Notes under the pieces: generated by a model | Told to the model about the DNA's origin: nothing | Database searches by the model: none | The model's input: only the letters and a program-made list of their open reading frames with translations | Program-made: the position numbers and the translations under genes | Shown here: in pieces, positions 18,806-28,500 of the stretch | Layout of the letters: each line of letters opens with the position of its first letter | How positions within the stretch are numbered: the first letter of the stretch is position 1 | Source of the DNA: a virus | Taxonomy: Duplodnaviria > Caudoviricetes | Length of the DNA: 64,000 nt | Virus record (IMG/VR): IMGVR_UViG_3300023174_000048 | Location: 96,001 to 160,000 of that record | Direction: 5' to 3' (one strand)

Positions 18806-19475
18806 TGCTCTAATACTAGTACCAGAAATTACTAAAGGAATGAAGTCCATAGGATCTAAATCCTTACTAGAGATCAAAAAAAAATTATCAGTATTAGACT
18901 ATCAGATACAGTCGATTAGAAACATAGATAAGAATATTAAGATATCAATTTGCACCGGGTTTGATTCTGAAAAAATTATTAATACAATCAGTAATAACCA
19001 TGAAAATGTTCATTATATATATAACCAGGAGTATAAAACCACAAATCAAGCATACTCCATAAAGATATATTTAGAGCAACATACTCATTGTGAACAGCTA
19101 CTAATCATATCAAATGGAGTCTTATTAAAAGACAAATGCATAACTAAAAATATGCTAAACAGCGAATGTAAGGTATTCATTTTAAATAAAATTCGTGAAA
19201 ACTTTAATCTTGGATGTTCTGAGCAACAACAGTTTGAATATTTATTTTATGATCTACCAGAACTTTGGTCAGAATGTATTTATCTCAATAAGGAAGCATT
19301 GACAGTATTACAAAATTTATTTACAAGTAATTGTACATCTCAGATGTATCTTTTTGAACTGATCAATGAAATGATAAATAAAAATATACTATTCAAAAAA
19401 CAATATATAGATAAAAAATTAATTATGAAAATTTGTAATTTCAAGGACATAACTAAAGCTAAAAATTTTATATGA
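18798..19475 (+). CDS. Nucleotidyltransferase-fold protein (sugar-phosphate NTP transferase/LicC-like), divergent
   Basis: LILVPEITKGMKSIGSKSLLEI parallels IILAAGxGxRMxxxxPKxLLxI; also CTGFDSEKI and NQAYSI. Confidence 0.6.
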   Translation: MIDALILVPEITKGMKSIGSKSLLEIKKKLSVLDYQIQSIRNIDKNIKISICTGFDSEKIINTISNNHENVHYIYNQEYKTTNQAYSIKIYLEQHTHCEQLLIISNGVLLKDKCITKNMLNSECKVFILNKIRENFNLGCSEQQQFEYLFYDLPELWSECIYLNKEALTVLQNLFTSNCTSQMYLFELINEMINKNILFKKQYIDKKLIMKICNFKDITKAKNFI

Positions 19476-20206
19476 CAACATTATTAGTTCAAAACTCTAA
19501 ATCTAAATTTATACAAACTAGTGTATATTCTAATATTCCTAATACTAACATTATTGGGTCTAGCATAGATAGTCATCTATATAAGATATACTATTCACAC
19601 AATCCTACTCATGCCATATTTTGTGCAAACAGACTCACTGATGAGATTATTCAGTTTATATCAGACTTCTCTTCTACGAAGGTAAAATGTTTTATATATC
19701 ACGATAATTTATCTTTTGAGATATTAGATCAATTCAAAGAATTGCCGGTAACTCATATTAGCAAAATAAAAATTAAATCTGAATATAAATCTGTTTTATT
19801 GCCCAACAATCTAATTAATAGTCAATTATTTCATAATAATGCATCAATAACTAAAAAAGAATCAATAGTATGCTTCATTGATGATTATGAAACCATTCCA
19901 GAAAGTCTAAGCAATTATTTATATCCTAATACGACTATTCCAATAAAACTATTTAATAATTATAATATTCCTCATTATCAAAATCTTGGAATGTTAGACG
20001 AAACAAGCAAAGCAAATGTTTTACAGTCTCATAAGTATTATTTATCTATAGAAAATAATAAAAATGACTATTCGCTGGAGGCTAGTCTTTGTGGTAGTAT
20101 AGTTGTTGATATTGATAAAATTCAAAATTATGAAACAATAGAATATACAGAACCAAAAGACTATTACGATCTCGCAACTTTTATTAAAGAAAGTATTTTA
20201 ATATGA
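19472..20206 (+). CDS. Divergent glycosyltransferase-like protein
   Basis: VLQSHKYYLS...SLEASLCGSIVV resembles a GT-B C-terminal motif. Confidence 0.45.
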   Translation: MTTLLVQNSKSKFIQTSVYSNIPNTNIIGSSIDSHLYKIYYSHNPTHAIFCANRLTDEIIQFISDFSSTKVKCFIYHDNLSFEILDQFKELPVTHISKIKIKSEYKSVLLPNNLINSQLFHNNASITKKESIVCFIDDYETIPESLSNYLYPNTTIPIKLFNNYNIPHYQNLGMLDETSKANVLQSHKYYLSIENNKNDYSLEASLCGSIVVDIDKIQNYETIEYTEPKDYYDLATFIKESILI

Positions 20207-20658
20207 ATGACGTAGGTTTTGTTTTAGTTAAGCTTTTAAATGACGAGGCCCACAATAACGTACTTTCTGCTATAAAAGAAATAGAAAAAAATAATCCATA
20301 TAATCAAACTGTAATTTTTAATAGCTATTGTGAAAAGGCCAATCTATATAATTTGCCAGTATTACATCTAAGCCAATCACAATTTTTTAATGGAACTTTA
20401 TTTTTATTTGATTTGCCCAGTGTTATACTTACTAATAAATTTCCCAATCTAAAAAGAAGAATATTATATACCAATTCCTTACCGTGGTCTAGTAATCCAG
20501 GCACCAGATACGAAGAATGGAAATCTCTTTATGATCAAGATTCATTAGATATTTTAGTTAATAATAATGATATCTATAATATATATGATATATGCTGGAA
20601 AAAACCGATAGGAATATCTGAAAGGTTTAATTATGAAGAAATCTCAAAATTTATATGA
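20203..20658 (+). CDS. Hypothetical protein, last gene of the glycosylation-like cluster
   Basis: ORF coupled by an ATGA overlap; no firm motif. Confidence 0.55.
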   Translation: MNDVGFVLVKLLNDEAHNNVLSAIKEIEKNNPYNQTVIFNSYCEKANLYNLPVLHLSQSQFFNGTLFLFDLPSVILTNKFPNLKRRILYTNSLPWSSNPGTRYEEWKSLYDQDSLDILVNNNDIYNIYDICWKKPIGISERFNYEEISKFI

Positions 20659-21430
20659 TAGTTTAACAGACTCTGATAAACTTGGACTATTGCAAACTTT
20701 GTATATTGATCAAAAACATAGTTTTGCAGATATTGCATCTATGCATGGAACATATGCGAATAAAATTAGACGAGATGCTAAAAGACTTAAGCTAAGTATC
20801 AGAGATAAATCAGAGGCTCAAAAGAATGCTTTGAGTACTGGCAAGCACGAACATCCAACAAAAGGTAAAAAAAGAAATGACGCTGTTAAACAGAAAATAG
20901 GAAAGTCTGTTATGGACTCTTGGGATAATCTCACAGAAACAGAATTGGAACAAAGAAAACAGAAAGCTAAATTAGCTTGGGAAAAATTAGACGAAGATAC
21001 TAAGATTAATATGCAGCAATCGGCCATGAAAGCCGTTAGAGAATCTAGCAAAACAGGATCAAAACTAGAAAAATTCATACATAAAAAATTGTTGAGCTTA
21101 GGATATCAAGTTCAGTTTCATAAAGAGCAATCGTTGGTAAATACCAAGTTGCAGATTGATATCTTTTTGCCTACTATTAATACGGCCATTGAGGTTGACG
21201 GTCCAAGTCATTTTGAACCAGTTTGGGGAGAAAAGAGTTTGGAACGTAATGTTGGATATGACCAGAAAAAAGAAGGTTTAATAACTGGCAGAGGATGGCA
21301 TCTAATTAGAATTAAACAATTAAAAGATTATTCTCCTTCACGAGCATCATTGGTGGTTGAAAAATTGATACCGATTCTTGATAAATGTTCAAATGAAAAA
21401 ACTCCACAAAAAATAATAATAGAGGACTGA
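20633..21430 (+). CDS. Vsr-like (EDxHD-type) endonuclease with HTH and NUMOD3-like DNA-binding segments
   Basis: HPTKGKKRNDAVKQKIGKS; QIDIFLPTINTAIEVDGPSHF...YDQKK. Confidence 0.75.
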   Translation: MKKSQNLYDSLTDSDKLGLLQTLYIDQKHSFADIASMHGTYANKIRRDAKRLKLSIRDKSEAQKNALSTGKHEHPTKGKKRNDAVKQKIGKSVMDSWDNLTETELEQRKQKAKLAWEKLDEDTKINMQQSAMKAVRESSKTGSKLEKFIHKKLLSLGYQVQFHKEQSLVNTKLQIDIFLPTINTAIEVDGPSHFEPVWGEKSLERNVGYDQKKEGLITGRGWHLIRIKQLKDYSPSRASLVVEKLIPILDKCSNEKTPQKIIIED

Positions 21431-21434
21431 TTTT

Positions 21435-22163
21435 ATGGTTAAAAAGGAAAAGACAGAGAAAGTTGAAGAAGTTAAGGCTGACGTTGTTGATAAGAAGATT
21501 CCAAAGACTACGGATTTAGAATGGACCGATTATGTTTTAAGCCTATTATCAGAAGACGAAAAGATATCGGGCAATCCAACAACCGACGGATTAAGACGAA
21601 TTTTTGAAATTGCTCTTAATTGTAGAGTTGTTGTTTCTAGTTCTAAGGTTGTACAATCTCCTGATCCAAATAACGAAAAAAGAGCCACTGTGGTTCATTC
21701 TGTTGTGTATCTTTTAAATGATGCCTCTCCTGACAGGCCTGAATTTAATACCGTGTCTGTGGATGGAGCAGCAGACGTTTATTGGGGGAACTGTGACAAG
21801 GTTTATAGGAATCATCCGGTTGCCGTAGCAGAAACACGAGCAGAAGGCAGAGCTTTAAGAAGAGCCCTTAAACTAAGGAAAGTAGTAGCAGCAGAAGAAT
21901 TGGCCAAAGAAATTGAAGACAATCCAGACAACAGTAGTGTTTCTAAGATTAGTAATAATCAGATTAATTTTATTGACGTTATGGCTCAAAGACTTAATAT
22001 AAATGTGGTTAAGTTGTTTAATAATAATCAATTACCCACAGATAATGTCTATTCTGTTTCTCATGATGATGCTGTTAATATTATACGATTATTGTCAAAG
22101 TATCAACAAAATATATCAGAGATTTCAGAAGATATTATGGGATACTCTAGCGATTGGAAATAA
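21435..22163 (+). CDS. Putative Rad52/Sak-like single-strand annealing protein
   Basis: GLRRI...GAAD...PVAVAETRAEGRALRRAL; the AETRAxxRA helix is recalled from Rad52-like phage annealases. Confidence 0.45.
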   Translation: MVKKEKTEKVEEVKADVVDKKIPKTTDLEWTDYVLSLLSEDEKISGNPTTDGLRRIFEIALNCRVVVSSSKVVQSPDPNNEKRATVVHSVVYLLNDASPDRPEFNTVSVDGAADVYWGNCDKVYRNHPVAVAETRAEGRALRRALKLRKVVAAEELAKEIEDNPDNSSVSKISNNQINFIDVMAQRLNINVVKLFNNNQLPTDNVYSVSHDDAVNIIRLLSKYQQNISEISEDIMGYSSDWK

Positions 22164-22165
22164 AT

Positions 22166-22501
22166 ATGAAAGTTTTATACAGAGCGAGTGATAAGTTATC
22201 TTTTGAGCTTGAAGGATCTGGTCAAAAGGAAATATTTAAAGAGTTAGCACTAATCCAAGAGATTTTTGCTGAAGCTAAGTGCGGATTGTGCGGAAGTACC
22301 AATCTAAGATTTATAGTAAGGAATGTAGAAGGAAATGATTACTATGAACTTAGGTGTGCTGATTGTGGGGCTATATTAGCATTCGGTCAGCACAAGAAGG
22401 GCGGAACATTATTTCCAAAAAGAAAAGATGATGATGGAAATAATCTTCCAAACAGAGGCTGGCATAAGTGGACAGCTAAAGATACTAAAGACAAGAACTA
22501 A
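22166..22501 (+). CDS. Small zinc-ribbon protein
   Basis: KCGLCGS...LRCADCG. The ATG at 22166 is preferred over the TTG at 22154. Confidence 0.7.
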   Translation: MKVLYRASDKLSFELEGSGQKEIFKELALIQEIFAEAKCGLCGSTNLRFIVRNVEGNDYYELRCADCGAILAFGQHKKGGTLFPKRKDDDGNNLPNRGWHKWTAKDTKDKN

Positions 22502-22522
22502 TTCTTATTCTTTTTTAATTTT

Positions 22523-22567
22523 CGACAACCCTGCGTTCATCTTGGGCGCAGGTGTTGTCGTTTAATT
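22523..22567 (+). terminator. Hairpin at the convergence of the two transcription arms
   Basis: CGACAAC-CCTGCG pairs with CGCAGG-(T)-GTTGTCG and is followed by TTTAATT on the + strand. There is no U-tract for the - strand. Confidence 0.7.
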
Positions 22568-25500
22568 ATTCATATTCGTATGGTATCATTTCCCATGGAA
22601 AATAACTAGCAGCAACATCGGACTTATTTTCTATCTTATCAACGCTGCCAAAAAACGATCTGAATATCATTTCATTTTGTAGTTTAAAAAAGTCTGGTAG
22701 TGTTGTTGGTTCCAGACTGAATGTTAGAGGATTCCTTTGTAGTGCCACCCAAACATACAGACTATTATTTATATTACCTACTTGAGCATTAGCTAAGTCT
22801 GTCTCATATGGAACTGGTGGACTTGTAAAACTAGCTGGTCTAAATTCAGACTTTGATCCATATCTATAAACCGTAGATAAAATATCAACTCCTCTTAACA
22901 TTCTGGGTATTCTTTTTACCATTACTGATATGTTATTTGTATTGTCTAGATTAACGATATTACAAACTCTTGTTGGTTTTCCTATTCTAGTATTGCCTAA
23001 TGTCATCATTCCTTTTCCTCCTGGACTTCCAATATTCGTTTGACAACCACCAATTCCAGACAAATCTAAAGTATCACCAGAATTGTCATTACCTTGATTT
23101 TCATTTGTTAATGGAACAGCATATGATTCTGTTGATTCTATTGTCACCTCTGAACCTGGACCCAGAATATTATCCATGGTTTGATCGCCATTAATATTAA
23201 AATATCTTAGTTTAGTCAAAGTTTTCCATCCTGTAATAGCAGGATACTGTCTTTGAAATGCATTTTTTTGCTGAGTAATACTGTTACTATTTATTGTATA
23301 TGTAAACTCATTAACATTAGAAGTCATATTCTCTGTTGCACCAAAATCAAACTGTATTCCCTGATCAGGTTTAGTTGTAAAAAATGGACATATATTATTA
23401 TCTATATGAGGAGTAGAAATATCTAATACAGGATTAGCTTCTGTGCATTTATATTTTGTAGAAATTAATACTTTAGGATTACTTTCAAAGTCCTGGAAAC
23501 ATGATTGTTTACTGTCAATATTAATCCAGTAATGATCTTTATTTGCTTCTCTATAATGAATATAAATTGGACCAGACTGTTCTCCTTCATTTGCTCCTCT
23601 CCATTCGATTCCAGATAATACTGGTTCAATTTTTGGCAGTATGTATGGGGATATTCTTCTGGAGTCCGTTATTGGCAGTGATGATTTTAATTTATAGTTA
23701 GAGTAATCAGATCTGTTTAATTGATATATTGTATTATTTGCAGGAATATCAAAAACCGTTTGTTCATCTAATAATTGTATTATAGAGTTTTTCTCTTCTA
23801 ATAAATCTTTTATAGCAGCATATGTCTTTTTCTTGTTGCAAGCCGCGGCATTTGCTGGACTTGGTGTGTAGCAGTCTATCGGATCGTCCTCTAGTTTAGC
23901 GTAGTGTTTTTGTAAATATTTTAATTTAGAAGAATTTAATATTGTAGATGTTGATCCTGGAACCCCAACTGCTGCTTCAAGAGTATTGTCTACTCCTGTG
24001 CTCTCTATAGTAGATAGTCTGGAAATGACCCAACTAAGTTCACTAGTGGTAATAGATCTCATTGGTTTATATTCATAATACTTATTTTCTATCTCTAATT
24101 CGCCAGTACTTATTCCTGAAGTTAGTGAGTTGACTCCATCATCTGTTCGTATTATAGAAAAATTACTTGGTATATCATTATATGAAGATGAGAACTGTAT
24201 GTTTTTAACTATTGTATCATGATTCGTGGCATCATCGGTATCAGATTTAATATAATAATAATCCTTGTTTTCTTTTTCTTTTCTAAAGATTGGAGTTAAA
24301 ATATTTAGATCTTCTTTAGAGTATGAGAACCCATAGCTGGAATTAGAAACAAAACCAGTATTTTCTATCCCGCTTACAAAGATTTTTATCTTATTATGCT
24401 TTATCTTGTCGTTGTTTCTATTATTAAAAATATCATTAATTTCTTGTAATTGATTATTATGTATATTATTTGATAACATATTCTTATTCATAAACAAAGA
24501 CATATCTCCATAAGATCCAACCGAATGAGTTGTTGGAGCAATATCTGTTATATTGTTAAATACGTTTTTATTAATATAATCTGCTCCCCATATATTATAT
24601 TTTTTGCTTGTCTTATCTATAATTGTTGTTTCATCTTTATATGTTAAGAAAATATTCATTGTATTAGGAACAGACATTAGATTATATCCAGAAACACTAT
24701 TCTCAAACACTAATAAAGAATAGTATTTATTATTTTTGTAAATTAATCCTTTTTTACTTATTGTTGCATTAGTTGAGGAGGTTCCAGAACAACTAACTAT
24801 GTCACCCTTCTTAAATATATCATAAGGTATTTTACCTTTAACTAGTACAGCTTTGTTCTCTGATAAATCGATACTAGATAAAGAATTGGAAGATCCTAAA
24901 ATAGCATTATGCTGTAAATAATGGTTTGCTTTAGATAGTGCTGAAGGATCTAGTTTTAGATTTGTCCAAGTTTCATTATTTTTTGCAATACATATTTGTG
25001 ATGGATTTTCACATCCGTTTCCTGTAAATGCAACTCGAACTATGTCTCCTTCGTTTATGAATGAGTCTGATATAGCAGTGGGGAGTGGTAAACTTGGTAA
25101 ATTTGATCCACAGCTTAAATTTATTTGTTTAATAAAATTTTGATCAATTAAATCTTCAATAGAATTAATAAGATCAAATGAGAAATCACCCAAACCATCT
25201 ACTCCTCCAGATAATTTGATAAACTTATATCTATCTGGTTTTAGTATCGGTGTGTTATGATATTTAAAAATACTCGCTTCGGCAGTATACCATAAAGAAC
25301 TAGGTTTTTTAAAATTAATTAATATCTTTTCTGGAGAACCAAATGGATATTTAGCATAGCTCGGAAAATAAATCTGTCTTCCTTGATTCTCCAAGCTTTC
25401 ACTAAAACGAACTTCTTTAAAGTAATCAAAAATAGCATTATACCCCGGACTATTTACGGCACCTTCAAGACCAGCCAAAGCACCAACTAAAGTTCCCCCA

Positions 25501-28500
25501 GTTGTTGCTCCATAACCAGCCAAAGCTGCCATGATTTGTATTATAGCATAGTATGGGAATTCTGGCGGCCTAACCATAACACCTTGACCTGTTGGATCGT
25601 CCTGCGAGGTTAAGCAAGTTGTTGAGTCAGCTATACAGGAATATGGGGCATTATAATTAGCAATTGGTAATAAGTGTTTTTGACTACTAAGATCTGCAAT
25701 AAAACTGTAACCAGGATACGATGGATCTTTTTTATAGTCAAACAGAGATAATGCATCATTATTTCCATAAGAAGCCAAACTGGGATTAGTGGTAGGAGTA
25801 GAATCCCTAACTGGACCAACATGAAGTATTAATTCCCAATTGCATAATGAGTTATACAATAAATGTGATTTAGTTTTATTCTCTGTACTCTCTAAGCCAG
25901 ATAAATATTGATTATTTATTGTTGAATCTAGCACATTCATATCATCTTCTTCATCAAGAACCATAATATTCAGAGTAAATTTAGTTTTTCCATCAAGATC
26001 TCCTTCTCTCTGTTTTGGGGCACGATCAGGACCACACGGACCATCCATTGGACCCTTGTTTCTAAACAAAGTATTTGCAACAAATTTACTAAAATTATTA
26101 TTACTAATATTTAATCTATTGTGTTTTATAATAGAAGAATATTCGCAACATTCTCTGTCAGAGTATCCTGTTGCCGCAATGGTCGGCAAAATCTCATCAT
26201 TTGATCTTATAATATTTTGTAATCTAGAGGCTTGGCTTGTCATATAGGAATATTGTCCGCTAGGATGATAATATCCAGAGCCTAGCATATTCATATCGCA
26301 AGGAACATTAAATTTTGAGGCATGGTCTGAGAATTTAACACTAAAATTATAATTGTTATTTTGTATAGTCTCTTGATTTAATAAAACTAATTTAAATATA
26401 TTACCTGGTAATCCAGATGGACTATTCATTCCCACCAAATCCTTAAGATAGCTTTCAACTTTTGTATTATTTAATGATCCATCAATACTGGTTTGGTTAG
26501 GTCCATAATTACCAAAAAATATTCTTGGATTTAATGTTTGATCTAAAAATTCTTCACTACTTTTAAGAGGAGATGGTGGGGGATTTGCTGTGGAGCCAAA
26601 TCTGGAACTATCTTCAGCACTTGCATATTCTACATCTAGCCAAACCACCATATTTTTAGTATTAACATAGTTTAAAAAATTTAATTTAATCTCAATATCT
26701 TTGATTCCAAATGCATTTACTCTTGGAATCCTAAATTGCATTCGTCCGTCTGGTAATTGAATTTTATCTGGTAAAGAATTAGGCCCCGTAACAGCAAATG
26801 AATAATAGAAATTAGTTGTAGCTTGATCAGTTAAAAATTCATCATTAGCTATTGGAAAGTTATTAGTTGCCGTAGCTTCTATTCCTTTTGGTTCGCCACC
26901 AGCAAGTATTCTATATCCATGATTGCTAGAATTATTGCTATTTGTTATTTTTGTATCTATATAATTTTTATGTTTTTGATTATCATTGTATAATTGAATA
27001 TCTGCTCCTGGCGGCGGAGATTCACAAGAACAAGCAGGATCCCATTGAATTTCTTTTGCTATTCCTAGTGTTACTGAACTAGAAAAAGTTTTTGATTGTA
27101 TTATATTATTTTCGCTATTTATTGGTCCAGATCGTAGTCTTGTTATCTGGGGGCCTAGAAAGCTAAAAGAGTCTCTTGCTCCAGGATTAAACTTTAATAC
27201 TCCACATCTATTAGCATGTATAGAATATTCATTTCCTCCAGAATATGGTATCCACCCACTATTTGGATGAAAAACACCCTTACTAAATGGCAAAATTAAG
27301 CCAGTACCACTTACCATTACTGCTTTTTGATAGCATAATTTGTAAGTTGATGTGTCTGGGAAATTACGATAATTTAGTGGAAAACCAGTTATTACAGGAA
27401 GATTTGTTGACGCTCCTGGTCCAGCAACAATACCGTTGTCGTTAATTGAGGTCTGTGGTTTAGTTAGTCCATTAATCTCCACCCCTATAGAGTCTATAAA
27501 TTTTTTACTATATCCTCCATAAGCTTTGATTTTTGGTGCTTTCTTTGTGCTAATTGTTGGATAGTTAAAGTCTCCAACCTCTTTAATGTTTTTGGCTAAA
27601 TTTCTTGCAGAGTCCCATTCATAAGCGCGTAATGTGAATCCTTCAGGGTCTTTATTGGTTCGAATTGTTCTATTAAAGTTAACATTCCTGGTATTAACAA
27701 CATTTCCGTTGCTGTCAGTTTCAGAAATTCTGGAACTTGTTTTGACACTTCTAATTTTTGGAAAATATAAACTTAGGCATTGAGAACACTCGTCTTGGTC
27801 TGTTCTTATTTTTTCTAACCATACTGAATGCAGTTTTACTATTGTATTGTTGTTTTCATATATCAAAGTTAACGGACAAGTCTCTCTATATATATAATTT
27901 GAACTATAACCAAAAATATAATCTTTAGATAATGAATATACATCATCTTGGGCTCTTGTTCCTAATGTTCCTATAAATTCCCTAACAGAAAAATCTGTTT
28001 TTATTGGATAAATTACTCCATGATAATTACTAATTGCTATTTTATTTATCTTTGATATATTTGATTTTATAAGATCTTTATCAAGAATTAATGGAATATT
28101 TTCACTAACTATATATGAAGGAGTAACCAATGGAGGATATACCCAAGATATATTTTTACTATCCCAATATTTGCCATAAGAAACGGCATTTTCTTTCATA
28201 GCCCCGCCCTGACCAATAACTAACTGTCTACCATCAACAACATATATGGTTTTTTGTTTTTTAAATGTTCCAAATGGACTAGATATTGTGCATTGAAAAG
28301 TATATTTACCTGTATAATTTGTATAGAATATAACCTCATTAGAAGTTCCAGATAATAGTCCATTATCTCCAAAAGTTCCTTCTGGTCCACTCAGTTGTTC
28401 CCAAAAGAAAGAGTTTTGACTATTAATATAATTTATCAAAGATAGTTCAGACCCTTCGTCATAAGACTTCTCTATCTCTGCTATTGTCAAAGCAGATAAT

